The position numbers were made by a program, and so were the translations under genes. Source: Trypanosoma brucei (taxonomy: Eukaryota). From it: a DNA stretch of 64,000 nt. The notes under the pieces were generated by a model that saw only the letters and a program-made list of their open reading frames with translations, had not been told where the DNA came from and searched no databases. Positions 1-12,435 of this stretch are shown here, one piece after another. The stretch lies in assembly GCA_000002445.1 (NCBI GenBank), contig CP000069.1:1504001-1568000 (forward strand), in the 5' to 3' direction. Position 1 is the stretch's first letter; each line of letters begins with the position of its first letter.

Positions 1-417
1 GCCTGTAACACCTGCAGTTGGTAGGCCCTTTTGCGGATTGCTTCTGCTGCGTTTCTCAGCTGCTGCCCCTTCGTTTGCAGCGCAGTGGCAGCCGTTAGCG
101 TCCGGCCTGTCGCCAGTGCCGTTAATGCAGCATACGCTGCGTATTTGGGCCCTGGCCAGATTGCCGCTGTCGCCAGCGAATGCATCTATTTTTCGTCAGT
201 TAGTTTTTTTTAGGTTTTCTTCTGCTGCTGTTACCCTATTTTCTAACGCCGCCACAATGTTAAGAATGTATTGGACCTCTGAGCAAATGTCGGTGACAGC
301 TTTTGCCGCGCTGTGTGCTGGACTAGTTCCTTGTACTGCAGCCGGCACCGCAAATAATATCATGAGGACCGGTAAGAATCTTACCACGTTGCGGTGTTGT
401 TCGTTTACTGCTGCCAT
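1..417 (-). pseudogene. VSG: VSG gene, 5' part only (start codon at 417, runs off the left window edge)
   Basis: Minus-strand ORF 196..417 starts with a signal-peptide-like MAAVNEQHRNVVRFLPVLMILFAVPAAVQG followed by Ala/Thr-rich helix sequence typical of a VSG N-terminal domain. An in-frame stop at about 196 suggests a pseudogene. A 70-bp repeat lies about 0.7 kb upstream at 1130-1250. Confidence 0.55.
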
Positions 418-1129
418 GTTTGAGTAAAAGGGTCTACGGTTTCCAGCTTTAAACGAGGTGTGATGAGGGGAGGTTTGATTTTGTTGCTAATTTGCTCTAA
501 CTGTTGTCTTATTCTGTTTTTGTATTTCAGTTTCATATTTGTTTACAAATGCATACCTAAACGCACCCCCCATTTTTCAAATTGCCGTTACCCTTTTCTC
601 CATTTTACCGAAAATAACATGTTCGGGAGGCGAAAACCACGCCACAATCTTTCCGTTTAAAATTAAGTATTGCAACCAGATTAAAAACCACAGTTTCTAC
701 CATCTGCACTTAAGCGTCTATCCATATCTGTGCTACTTTTGTAGCTCAATCTCTTTCTTTATTTTTTTTGCTGTGCGCCTACCTTTTTTTCTGCATTACA
801 TGTGCTCTTTCCTTTTTTTCATCTTTTATCACCTCTTCTGTTGATGATTTTTGACTCTATTTGGCATCTATACTGCATTTTATCCTTCTTTTACTATCCT
901 CTCCATTATTATCTAAGTGTATGATGATGCCCATTTTCATGCTTGTTTTTGAAATTGCACATATTAAATCTCCTTCCATCTCTCCCTTTCTGTGTTTCCC
1001 TATAATAACAGCCCTTGTTCTCTTTCAATTTCTTTCATACTCACAGTCCCATCCCCTACTTCATTGTCATTGAACACTTCCCACTGTTTTCAGTGCTTTT
1101 ATTTTGGCAACACACTCACTATTCACTAC

Positions 1130-1250
1130 CACTCATATTATAATATTTGTATATACACACACTCACAATACTTTTATATCATTATCACTATCAATACTAT
1201 TATTATTACTATTATAACCCTAACCAATATCTGTAAAATAATTAGAAGAG
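1130..1250 (-). repeat. VSG-associated 70-bp repeat (about 1.5 copies, reverse complement shown on +)
   Basis: Contains ttataatatttgtatatacacacactcacaatac followed by (TAA/TAT)-rich tract ...tattattattactattataaccctaacc. Confidence 0.8.
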
Positions 1251-1365
1251 CGTAAATTAGAATGTCACTCATTTTTATGCCCTACTACCCTATCAAATGC
1301 AACCGAGGGCCACTATGACGAATATTTTTTTTAATTTTCCAACATTCTGCAAAGGTTTGGCAAAA

Positions 1366-1381
1366 GTGTTGTAATATATCA
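1366..1381 (-). promoter_or_regulatory. VSG 3'UTR conserved 16-mer (2 mismatches)
   Basis: gtgttgtaatatatca on + is the reverse complement of TGATATATTACAACAC, compared with consensus TGATATATTTTAACAC. It lies about 100 nt downstream of the VSG stop at about 1470. Confidence 0.6.
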
Positions 1382-1469
1382 AACTTATAAATTTCTTAAA
1401 ATTGAACAAAAATCTTTTACAAATAACTCTTAAATTGTTATTCTAGAAAAAAATTATAAAAAAGTAGCT

Positions 1470-2925
1470 CCTTGTTAGTGACAAAAGAATTGCTTCCTGT
1501 GGTGTTTGTAGTTTTTGCATCATTCTCTGCTTTCACACCCTCTTTAAATTTGCATTTACCTTCGCTGAAGTCGCAGTCTGAATCGTTTTTGCATTCACTT
1601 TCTTCTGTGTCTGGCTTGCATTTTTCTACTGATACGGTTGTTGTTGGTGCGGCTTGTTTCTTAAGCGAGTCGCGGTGACGTTGCTCATAACATGCCGCGA
1701 GGGCTGCGTGTCCATCTGCATCGCTTGCCGCTGCGGTTACGGTTTTCTTGGAAATTTCGTCGTTTACTTTGTAGTTTATGTGTTTTTCTTTTAAGGGGTT
1801 TATTAACCTTTCTCGTAAACTTCCTTTGTCAGTTCCAAATAACTGTTTAACTGCGTTTTTCTTATGGTCTTCACTTCCATCTTTTTTGATATTACCAGTT
1901 AACAGCAGTTCTGCTACTTTCTGGGCTTCCGAGTCAGTCAGAAGGTCGGCTATGTCCTTGTCTAAGTAGCTGTCGATCGTAGCTACTTCATTGTCGCGGA
2001 TTTCACAAATAGCTCAGCCGACCGACTTGTGTGTTAGGGCTAGTTTCTCCGTGCCATAAGCCTCCCCCGTATTTTCAACACACTTTTGGTTTGGTCCATC
2101 TGTCGCCCCAAGTTGGTGACGGTCCAATGTCGTTTCGAGCGGGACCGTTGTTACTGCTGTTATACCGAGCGCGTTGTTCGTAGCCCTGCTAGGTGCTGTG
2201 TCTGAAGCGCTGCAAAACCCGCCATTGAAGTTGTCATTGTTTGTTGCTAGGCTGCCGATGTGGAGCGCTTCTCCTTGGATTGTTATGCTGTCGCTCGCCT
2301 TCTCTGGGACCAGTTTTATTGCCTTGAGCGCTTTTAGGTTGTCCGCAGCTGCTTGCAGCTTAACGTTGTCGGCACCGATGCTGGAGCAGGTTTCGTGTGT
2401 TGCAGGTTGTGTGGTGATCTTGAATCCGCACAATTTTGGCGTCCCCGCACTTGCGCCTATGCTGGATGGATTTGTTCCTGTGTGCTGGCCTATTGTTGGT
2501 TGAGGAGGCGCCGTACCGCGGTGGAGCACAAGTCTCGTCTGTGCCTGAAGAGCTTGCAGTACGGCTAGTGCCGCTGTCAACTTGTCGGCTTCGACGCCTT
2601 CGGTTATTGCTAGCGTCAGTTGCCGGCTCGTTAGCGTTGCTAGTGCTTGGTACTGCGCCCGGGTGCCTGCTTCTATTTCACCGCACATCGCTGCCGCTAA
2701 CAGAGCTGCGTCGTTGGCTCTGTCGCGCATCTGGTCCTTTGCTTTCTTTGAGCTTTTCTTGGCGTTGTCAATGACTTTCTCTAGGAAAACTATCTCGTGG
2801 CAGGGCTTGGTAGCCGCTGCTTCGTAGGTTGTGGCTATATCGCCCTGCCCATGGCTTTCCGTAGCACCTATTAAAATTTGTATTAGTACGAGAGTCGCCT
2901 TGGTATACTGATTAGGTTTGGTCAT
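1470..2925 (-). pseudogene. VSG: VSG pseudogene (A-type N-domain; frameshifted C-terminal half)
   Basis: ORF 2014..3003(-) contains MTKPNQYTKATLVLIQILIGATESHG (signal peptide) followed by an Ala-rich helical N-domain with early Cys (TKPCHEIVF). The reading frame breaks at 2014. The C-terminal domain lies in other frames (CKFKEGVKAENDAKTTNTTGSNSFVTNKELLF...) and its GPI signal is degenerate. Confidence 0.75.
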
Positions 2926-4574
2926 TGTTGTAGTGCCTGACTTGCGTCGTGTCTGCTGTGGCGTGTGCGCTAGCTTTGGGTTTCTGGGGTTTGCTTGGCT
3001 CACGTATCGTCACTCTCCTTTTCTTGTAATGTGATGCCAGTATTGTTGCTTACTTGCCTTGCGTCTCCTTTGTGGCGGCGTCGCTGTTGCAGCTGTTAAA
3101 GCATATAAAAAATGAAATTTATTGCGAAACAGCGGTATCGTGTTGCTATTATTTTGCTTGTCTCTTTCTGTGATTGCTCCACTGTCCACTATTGTAGAGT
3201 GCACATTGCATCTGGACGCACTGTCTTTGTATTTTCATTTTTAATTAACTTATAAAATATATACCGCTGTTACCACTTCCAGTGATCTTCGAAAAAACCT
3301 TGCTCCTCCGTGAGGTAGCGTCACATGTCCATGTCATTATGAACAATGTTTTATATAACTCGTGTTACTAGTTTCATCTATGTTTGACTGAAGTATGATT
3401 CATGCTAGGCTTTTTTGTTGCTTTCATTTTGTTTTGTCTTTTTTCCACTTTTTTTTTCGTTTTGTATGGAGGTAAAGCTGGAGTCATTTATACCGCTAAT
3501 CTAGCAGCAAGTTTCATTTTATAAGCTGGAGTTGACATTATGACCTTCATTCCTTGGTTTCTTAGTATTCTCGTATTTGTCTTGGTCATACTATTTTCTG
3601 TGCTCTGGGCTATCCGCTCAAAATCAAAAATCGCTTTATTCCTTCTTATGCGCCAAGCATTTTGCGTTTTTCACTATTATTTCATTGCCTTTAAAGTTAA
3701 CGACACAGAAAGCTGTGGGGGTAAAAAAGATTATTCAGGAACGGTTATTTTGCTGAGCTCCGTTGAGTGTAATGGTCTTAATTGAACTCTTTCATGTACA
3801 GTCGTCTTTATTCATATAAATGTGCCTTTAAGGTTCAATTTTTACATGCTAGGTTGGCGTAGTTGCAGAAAAAACTAAAAACGTCACTTCCAACTAACAA
3901 CATTATCATTTTTGCCGATTATGAGAGGCACTGAGACTCACTGTCTCTAAACTATCTTGTAAATAAATAAATCTTTTATTTGCAACTTTTCGTAGGTTTT
4001 TTGACGTATTCTTTGTTGTGGTTCTGGTAGGACTAAAATTGCTGCTGGTTTTGGCACTTTGTGCAACGTTGTTCTTGGTCGCCCATTGCTTATTGAGGCG
4101 TCGCTTCAACGATTTGGTTAGATCGTGTAAGAGACGATGTTTTATACACTTGTATGGTTACTATTAGCAAGTGTCTCCCTTTTTAACTACTTTGTATCCA
4201 TAATATTTTTATGAGTGGAAATGACGCATTCTTGAAGAATTATTGATAGTATATTGGTAGTAACCTTTTTTTGTTTCTTCCGCTTCCGCCTCTTTAGGTG
4301 TATTGTTGAGACTCAGTTTGGCTTGTACACAATGGACTAAGTTTATACCTCATTCCTCCAAAACATAATCTTCTCATGTATGGTGATTTCCACCACCATA
4401 ATAGTGTTTCCAAATGCACATTTTCCATTCACATATATTTCTTTCTCTGTATTTCAGCATTTTCTTCAAAAATATTTATAATCTCTGTCCTTCCCTCTAA
4501 CTTACTCTCATTGTCCACATGCCTTTGTTTTAAGTGCTTCTATTTTGACCCTTTTCTGCGGTGATCACTCTGCT

Positions 4575-4790
4575 CTTATCATAATATTAGTATATAAACA
4601 TACTCATAACACAGTCACAACACCCACTTCCATCACTATTACTATAACTATCATTATTATTATTATTACTATTACTATTATTATTATTACTGTTTTTATT
4701 ATAATATTCGTATGTACACTCTCACAACACACTCCTTTCATTATTTTTATTATAAATACTATAACACTAATTAATATCCACAAAATAAAC
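4575..4790 (-). repeat. 70-bp repeat block (about 2-3 copies)
   Basis: Two cores (cttatcataatattagtatataaacatactcataacac and tattataatattcgtatgtacactctcacaacac) separated by an (ATT/ACT)n tract. Confidence 0.85.
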
Positions 4791-5043
4791 TAAATAAACA
4801 AAATTATAATATTACTTTCTTTTCATACCCTATCGCCACACTACTTTCCACTAAGGGGAAAATTTCATACTTGGCTTTCATATTTTTCTTATTTATTAAG
4901 GTTTTACTAATTTAAACAATTCTCATTTAAAAAATCTTAAAAGTATAAAAATTTCGCAAATTATAGAAATTTATCTCAACGTAGGAAATTTCGTAGATTT
5001 CACAAATTGAGAAAAAATATTTAACCAATAATTCTTAAAAGTT

Positions 5044-6516
5044 TTATAGAGCTAAAAATTCCAGCAAAATAGGGGCCTTGTTAATGACAAAAGAATTGCT
5101 TTCGGTGGTGTTTGTGATTTTACCATTAGTCCCTGTTGTCTCTGTAACTTTAGCTTCGCATTTTCCATCTTTGAATTCACAGCCAACCTTTTCGTTGCAT
5201 TTGCCCTCGTCAGTTTCTCCCTTGCATTCTTTGTTATTTTCCGGTGCTGCTGCTGTGACTGATTCAACTTTCTTCTGCGCTTTCTCTTTTCTGTATTGGT
5301 CTCCTAAACAAAAGCCTATCGCTCTTGCATAGTCCTCGGTACCACTTATCGACACTATACCTTTGTTAACGTGTTTGTCGCCGATTTTGAAATCTAGTTT
5401 GTTTGCTTCCATGTCCTTTAAGAATTTGTCATGTACTGTTGTTTTTCCTTCACCTACAAGTGCTACTACTGCTTCCTTTTGTTTGTCGGTGTCTGGGAGT
5501 TCCGCCGTTGGTCCAGCTGTTATGAGCATTGCGGCTTCTTGCACATCTTTTTGTTCCTTTAGGGCGTCCATAGTTAACTGGCTCAGTGTCTCTGGTTCCG
5601 TGACGGTCTGCCTGCGGCCATTGCATATGGCATACCCTGCTGCTTTGGCTGTTACAAAAGCTTTCTTGTCGGAGTCCTGGTCGTCTTCACAGTCTGTACC
5701 GTCTCCTTTGCTTTTTATCGTGTTTTTAGTTGGCGTATTCCAGTCGGCTTTGCGGGCGAAGTTTGTTAGGATTATGCCTTTAGCAACGCTTCCAAGTTTG
5801 TTGCTTCTGTCGCCAGTGTCGACGCATGCTATCTTCTTGTTGTGGGTCGCCGGCGTGGCCGAACCGTAGTCGCCTTTGTTGCCTATGTCGGCTGCTATGT
5901 CTGTTAATTGAAAAGCCTTGTCGTGGATCGCCTGATACGAATCAAGGTTTTGAACGTTGTTTACGTCGTCGTTGATGGCAGGGTCATTGACGAGTGATGA
6001 TTGGCAGCCGTGCTCGTTCTTAGGTGGCTGTGTGATCGTTACACTACATGATTTAGCGCCGGCCCCGCCTATTAGATCGGATTTCTGCGCTGAAGCATCG
6101 TGGCTTATTGTCAAGTCGCCTTTGGTGTTGAATGCGATTGCTGCCATGAGCTGAGCGTTTCTCCGTTTTAGAGTTTCGATACTAGCTTTTAGCTGCTTTA
6201 CAGCGTCGGCATTTGCTTCAGTGGCAGCCGCTCTAGAACTCCCTATTGACGCTAGCATCCGGGTCGCTTTTTTGGTCTTATGGTCTGTTGCTAGACATGC
6301 AGCTGCGTCCAGTGCTTCCGCTTCCTTGAGTAATTGACTTTTCTTGGCTGCCAGTCCATCTATTTTCTGCTTGAACGCTGCTGCCAATTTGTCGTTGAAA
6401 GCCACCTCGTGACAGGCTGCTTTGACCGTTGTTGAGTCTTTGTTGGTTGCTATTGGCTGCGTTGCCACCATCAGCAATATTTCGACGTACGGAAGCTGAA
6501 GTTGAAAGTGGTGCAT
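5044..6516 (-). CDS. VSG: Variant surface glycoprotein, apparently intact (A-type N-domain, about 490 aa; ORF extends upstream to 6621)
   Basis: Uninterrupted 525-aa minus-strand ORF. The probable start is MHHFQLQLPYVEILLMVATQPIA at about 6516. Ala/Lys-rich helices and conserved Cys are present. The C-terminus is ...CEFKDGKCEAKVTETTGTNGKITNTTESNSFVINKAPILLEFLAL, a classic VSG GPI-anchor signal (S + 17 residues). A 3'UTR follows. Confidence 0.85.
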   Translation of the reverse strand: MHHFQLQLPYVEILLMVATQPIATNKDSTTVKAACHEVAFNDKLAAAFKQKIDGLAAKKSQLLKEAEALDAAACLATDHKTKKATRMLASIGSSRAAATEANADAVKQLKASIETLKRRNAQLMAAIAFNTKGDLTISHDASAQKSDLIGGAGAKSCSVTITQPPKNEHGCQSSLVNDPAINDDVNNVQNLDSYQAIHDKAFQLTDIAADIGNKGDYGSATPATHNKKIACVDTGDRSNKLGSVAKGIILTNFARKADWNTPTKNTIKSKGDGTDCEDDQDSDKKAFVTAKAAGYAICNGRRQTVTEPETLSQLTMDALKEQKDVQEAAMLITAGPTAELPDTDKQKEAVVALVGEGKTTVHDKFLKDMEANKLDFKIGDKHVNKGIVSISGTEDYARAIGFCLGDQYRKEKAQKKVESVTAAAPENNKECKGETDEGKCNEKVGCEFKDGKCEAKVTETTGTNGKITNTTESNSFVINKAPILLEFLAL

Positions 6517-7904
6517 CGCAGTTGGCTCCTGTTGTTCAGCGGTAGGGCTTATGCCTTTCTTTTGTACTTGTAGATCCTTTAAAGTTTGGAGAAAATACGG
6601 TTGGGGAACTAGTTCTGTCAATTTCTGCGTGTGCTTATGGTCCTATTTGTTGCCAGTAGCCTTTCCTAGCCGACATAGCTTGTAAAGATGAAATTTCTGT
6701 TAAAGGTTTTGTTCACACGCAGGCTGGAGGCGGTGCCCCATGTCGCGCTACTCGTTGTTTCAGTCTTTCTGGTTACGGGCTGGCGAACAGGCAAAGCGAC
6801 CCTTCTCTAATTATTTTTCCACACTTCCTACGCGAGACGGGTTTCTGGCCTTTGCTTTTTGTTCCTTCTCCGACTAATTTGGTTTTATTGAGTCGAGTTT
6901 TTAGATGAGGAACTGAGTCGATTGTAGAGAACGTCTCGATTAAAAGTTGTTTTAAACGTCTGTATGGCTTTGACTAACTGGTTCTTGAAGGGTGTTTGAT
7001 TTATTAAGTTGGTTGTTCTGCCTTCTTAAAATACGGGGGCGTTGATATGTATACTTGTTTTCACCTCTCTGAATCATATTTGCTTCAACTCTTCCTTGAC
7101 TCTTTTAAACTCCGTCCCCCTGCCTTCCATTTTTTTGGTTGCCTTCAGCCACAAACTTTTCGCTGCGCTACTGACCTCGTTGTTTAAGTTTTTAATCGTG
7201 TACAAAGAGATTCAGAATAGCATAACACTTACTACTTATAATTTCAAGTTATGATTTTCTATATTTATGGCATTTATTGTTGCGTAAATCCAATTCTTTT
7301 ACCATTGAAAATACCACACACATTTCTGCACTTTAAAATTCAAATCTTGTGGTTTGTTATTGATTCTAGTTTATGGAAATTCTCATAAGTATGCTGGTTA
7401 TCATAAGCAGGTGCTGTTTCTTCTTGTAGAATGAAGACCCTTTTGTTCACACTTGTGATTATCTGTTATCTTTTTAGTTGGATACCACTTGGGAATGTGT
7501 AATATCGGCGCTAACAGCGCTTTTATCCCTGCACTCTCTTCGCTTTTGCGTGCTTTTAACAGTGGCCTCATGATTACCCTCAAATGTATTACTTTCTCTT
7601 TAAAAGGCTTTACTGTTTGGCCTTTGAATCAGTACAGTAGTGGGGGTGTATCATTTCTTACTTGATGCTCTTCGTAAACATCTTCTGGTGTTTTGTGGTG
7701 ATGTGTTTTTATTCTTTACGGCTATTTTTGTCTTTATCTTTTCTCATTAACTGTTTCTGCACATATCTTGTTTATCTTTAATAGGAAAATAATATCATCT
7801 ACAGTGCATGATGGTGTCTTTAACTTTAATTTCCTTTTTCTTTTTATATAATGACACATGAAGCCTTTATTGCGTTCCAAATTGCACATATATCATCTCT
7901 TTCA

Positions 7905-9171
7905 CTTTCACACACTTACTCCTTTGGCATTTTTTCCGTGGTGTTTATTGCAGTCCGCCTTTTTTTCTGCAGTATCTGCTTTGATTTCTGCTGCTCCCAC
8001 CGCCAGGGTTACTTTGACGGTAAGTTTGACCTGTGCCGCTAGGCGCTTTGCGTTTGCCTGGGCCGCCTGTAATACAGCAGTTACGGATGCTGTCTGTTTG
8101 GTGTATCGGTTCCTTGCTGATAACTGCCGCTCCAATCGCATTACATCTTGGATCCATTTCACTTTTCTCAACGTTGCTTCTGGTTCGCTGGAGTAATTTT
8201 TTAATTGTACGCAGATCCAGCCGCTGCTGTCGCCGTTGCAACCTGTTGCGTGGTATTCCCCTAGGTAGCCGTGGGCTTTATCTGTTTTGATTAGACTTTT
8301 CAGCTGCTTTATAGCTGATGACAAGTTGGCCAACACGAATTTGGTTGCTTTCACTGAAGCACAGATTTTGGCTATAGCTTGCATTCCACCCCCCGTTGGT
8401 CCCGACGATTAAGGGTTCCACGCAGCAGCCCCATCTGCTTGTTTTGTACACACCGCAGCTACCGCAGACCCGCCATTGTCCTTCTCGCAGATGCACGCTA
8501 ATGCCGCAATCGCGGTTTTGACTTTTTTGTTTGCCTCCTCAGCTTTGCAGACTTCTTGTCTGTTTGTGGCTTGTGCGGCCTGGCCGAATGCATTTATGTC
8601 AGTTACGCTGTTTTCGTTGGCTGATCCCGCCCCATACACAATCTCTTTCAGTTTTGTTTGGATCGCGGTCTCGGATAATGCACCCGCTTCCGCAGTTGGC
8701 TTGGTGAGTGCTTGTATCGCTGCGGCCGACCCTGCAGCGATTGCGGCTAGATGCAGTGCTGCTGCTTCTTCTTGCTGCCCAGTAAGTTAAAGGATACCGG
8801 TTTCTCTTATTTTTTCATCTAACGGTTCCCTGTGAAGTTTTTTGAGCGCAGCGATCCAGGTGTCCCAGTTTTTGTAACCTTTGTCGCTTTGTTTCGCTTC
8901 GGTAGGGTTTTTGTAATAGGCTCTGGGCTCCTCTGTTTTGATGAATATTTTTTTCAAGTTTCCGGTGTTACCGACATATTGAGCGCTTGGATGAATCTAT
9001 ATGGCGTGTTGAAGTCAGCTGGTGCGTCTGGTAGCTTTCTTCCTACTTCTTCCGTCGCTGCAAACCTGCACAGCGCCGCGTGTTCCACCCTGTGCTGGCC
9101 ACTTACTATGTTTGGCCTGCTGTTGGGTAGGCTACCCACGTGCATAGTATCGCTACGCATAGCAAGCGCAT
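7905..9171 (-). pseudogene. VSG: VSG N-terminal-domain fragment (B-type), no C-terminal domain, internal frameshifts
   Basis: Minus-strand pieces include MRLLCVAILCTWVAYPTAGQ (signal peptide), ...YKNWDTWIAALKK..., ORF 8409..8639 with ALACICEKDNGGSAVAAVC, and ORF 7908..8384 with AHGYLGEYHATGCNGDSSGWICVQL. These are B-type VSG N-domain motifs. It ends at 7908 with no C-terminal domain, GPI signal or 3'UTR 16-mer. Confidence 0.75.
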
Positions 9172-9857
9172 GTCCTTAAGCTATGCTCGAGTGATGTGTG
9201 TGTGTGTTTGTGATATTTTAGTGAGTGCCGCAGCGCTTGTTTATTTTGTGGACTAGATGTTCAACGGCTTCGAGGGCAAAATAAAAATTGCGTATTGCGA
9301 TCGTAGAGACTATAAATGTAGAGGGGCCGATTCTCTTTTTTTTCAGAGCAGATCAGATCGGTGGTTTCATATGTGCTAGCAACACCAGAGGAATGGCTGC
9401 CTTTTGCCTCACAGTTGCAGTCAATTGTATGAACTAGTAGGTATCATGAGGGTACTCGTCAAATTTTGATACTGATGCTTGTTGTAATGGCAAATTTACA
9501 GATTGACGTACCAGATCACGGTTAGGCCGATACCGTTAGATAGGTCTATTTTTTTTGTGGTTTCCCCCTTATGTTTTTGTATAAAAACCGTGTATACTAT
9601 ATTATACTTCGATTAGGTATAACTTATTCCTCTTATGTCTGTGTCTTTCATATACACAAGCTGCAAAAAGGTCTTTTTAAACACGGAAACACGTGGAAAT
9701 TATAAAAATATTTCAGCATAAATTTTAATTTTCAATAAATGTCCATTTTTAAATATAATATCATAGTGTTTTAATATATTGCATTAATTTCTGACTCACT
9801 CTGTCTCCCTGTACCTCCAACATACAGTACATACTCCGATAAGTGAAACTTCAGACC

Positions 9858-10265
9858 TTACATTTTGTTATTTCTTCTGCTTGGCGGCAATTCTGCGCCG
9901 CATGGTATTTCAATAAACAAGTAACGTTGTTTCTCATCACGATCACCATTTAAGCTTTTAAATTTTTTGTGATAATATGACTTTGGTTTGGTCCGATGCA
10001 TTTTCAGACAGGGTAATTTTGGTAACGAAACTTCCTTCCTTCTTGCTTTTGTTTTATTAATACGGTACGTTAGTTTTGCATCAGGGAAAGCTTTTATGTG
10101 GATTACTCGCTTTTTCAAAGGCCTTAATGTACGGCAGGTATTCCATTGCCGAATTGGATGGTCATTGACAGTACCTTTTTCAACTTTATAGAGATCCTCC
10201 ATTGGTCCATGTGCAGTAATTCTTATCCTATTCACGCTAATTTCCTCACACACTTTAGTCAGCAA
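9858..10265 (-). CDS. Hypothetical ORF (135 aa, Lys/Arg-rich), unknown; possibly non-coding
   Basis: Minus-strand ORF between a VSG fragment and the 70-bp repeat. I recognise no motifs and see no other copy in the window. Confidence 0.2.
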   Translation of the reverse strand: MLTKVCEEISVNRIRITAHGPMEDLYKVEKGTVNDHPIRQWNTCRTLRPLKKRVIHIKAFPDAKLTYRINKTKARRKEVSLPKLPCLKMHRTKPKSYYHKKFKSLNGDRDEKQRYLFIEIPCGAELPPSRRNNKM

Positions 10266-10549
10266 AATTCGCTTATGGCATCACCGCGCAAAGGGTAAAA
10301 CCATCATTTCCTCGTTCCATTTTGCTGTGACTATTCATCATCTTTATCTCCATATTCTTTTTTATTATGATTCCTTAGTCATTTTGTGTCTGACATTGTG
10401 TATATTTCATCAGTTTATCTTGTTATATCATAATATTCCTTATCACTTCCTCTATTCTTTTTTCACTACCTTATCTACTACCATTTCACCCTCGCAACTT
10501 TTTGAACTACCTCTATTTTGTATTTGAACGTATTCTTAACAGCTACTGC

Positions 10550-10660
10550 TCTTATTATAATATTATTATATACACATTCACTACACTCTCATTTTATTAT
10601 CCCTATTATTTTAACTATTAATATTATTATGACCGTAACTAATATCCATAAAATAATTGA
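10550..10660 (-). repeat. 70-bp repeat (about 1 copy)
   Basis: cttattataatattattatatacacattcactacactc plus TTATTA tract. Confidence 0.75.
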
Positions 10661-10789
10661 AGTGACAAAATTTGAATGGCACTCATTTTCCTTACCATAT
10701 CATCATATTAATACAAACTTATAGCCTTCTATCACACAGATTTTACTAAGTTTTCATAATATCGAGAAATTTTTTATGTTTGACAAAAC

Positions 10790-10805
10790 GTGTTAAAGTA
10801 TATCA
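10790..10805 (-). promoter_or_regulatory. VSG 3'UTR 16-mer (1 mismatch)
   Basis: gtgttaaagtatatca on +. Confidence 0.65.
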
Positions 10806-10919
10806 AATTATAAAAAATTTAAACAAACTCTTTTCCCGAAAATGAAAATTAATAACTTTCATGAAGTCCTTAAAAAACTGCTAATTTCACAAAAGCAGCA
10901 TCCATCAGAGTAAATTTCT

Positions 10920-12435
10920 TATTTAGGAGAAAACTACCACTTCTTCACTTTTCTGTACCCTTATCATCTTCGCTATCTTTTCCCTTTCTCCATGCACAAA
11001 CAGGTTTTTCTTTTCTTTTATTGACTTCTTCACATTTGTCTTTTGAGCCATATTCGGAGCATTTAAGCTTTTATTTGTCTTTCCAGCTTCTTGGTCCGGT
11101 TTAGAAACTGGACTTTTTGGATCTTCTTCGCATTTAGTCGTTGCTTCATTATACTTGCAACCCACATCGGGTTTGCACTCCGATTTTTCCAGTTTTGTGC
11201 AATCTTTTTTGTTCCATGTTTTTGTGCCTGCTCGCTGGTTCCAGATTTTTGCTGGCTCGTCGTGGTGTCATCTACTGATAGGATGGAGTACAGTTGGTGT
11301 GCTTGCTTTTGTAATGTTTTTGGCCGCTGTCTGTAGGCTTTGTCGTCGTTACACGCCTTTTGCCATGTCGCCGCCGCCTCTGTAAGCTGGTCGTACCAAG
11401 CTATCGCTGCTGCGCCTGTTGCCGGCTTTAGAGCGCTACCATAGTCGACGCAACGTGCTGCATTCGCTGCTCCGCAGTTGCCGCCATTGTGCTGGCCTAG
11501 GTAGGCTGTTGCTTGCGTCGCCTCGTCCAGTGCCGGGTTCCCTTTTAATTTGCTCAGGAATTTGCCTTGTATACCGCGCAACGTGTCGGCTGAAAGCTTT
11601 GGCTTGGGCCTGTGTTTGCATGCTGTTTTTATTTCTGACCACGTTGCTGTTTTGTAGCTTGAACCGAGTGCTGCCCAGTCGCCGCCTGCAGCTGTTGGAG
11701 TATCAAAACCGCAGGGTTTTGCCAACGATTGTGTGTACTGTCCACAGCGCACAAGCAAAAAAGGTCTCCCAATATGGATTTTCCGGCAGAAGGCGTTTTG
11801 CAGTCGGTGTTTCGCGTCCCTAATAGACCCATAGTTTTGCCGTCACTGCCGTCACTTTTTCCTGCCCCTTTGCCATACAATGCCGCTTTGATTGCTGCTG
11901 TTATTGCATTGTTTTCTTTGACAAGCTTCGGTCGGACATTTGAGTTGTATTCGCGCAGCGCCGCTTCCGCTTCGGCTGCTAGCAGCTGCAGGTTTGCGAT
12001 ATACCTAGATGCTCCTGCCTGGTGTTTTTTCAGGTTGCCCGTGTTTAGATGCGGTTCCGCTGTGACCCTCTTCAGCAAATTGGCTTTGGCTGTCGCCCAC
12101 TTCATCCAGTTACCTATGCAAGCGCTTTCGTCGCTGCTGCCGCTGCACCCTGTTGTCTTTGCTGTTGGCTCCTCGGCGGGGGTCTCCTTTGGAAATTTGG
12201 AGTACCGGCTGTCTGGTGCGGCGGACACATTAAGCTGTATGATATCATTAACTTCTACGTCGGTCACGGCCGCTGCGCAGATTTCAACTGTTGGGTCTGC
12301 GTCCTCCAGTAGAACAGCTTCGCACAGGATGCTGAATTCCGCTATGTTTACGCCGTCGCCGGCTGTCGCCTCTCCTGGCCACCGCCACAGGTTTAGCGCG
12401 AACGTCAGGACGACTTCAATCGCGACACAGTTCAT
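10920..12435 (-). pseudogene. VSG: VSG pseudogene (B-type), at least 2 frameshifts
   Basis: ORF 11629..12435(-) starts with MNCVAIEVVLTFALNLWRWPGEATAG... (signal peptide). ORF 11063..11758(-) has GGNCGAANAARCVDYG. ORF 10923..11165(-) has the C-terminal domain cysteines GCKYNEATTKCEEDPK. The three pieces are in different frames. Confidence 0.8.

Noticed and set aside
1217-1226. CCCTAA hexamers (e.g. aaccctaacc) as possible telomeric repeats.
   Set aside because: These are single hexamers embedded in 70-bp repeats, not tandem (TTAGGG)n.
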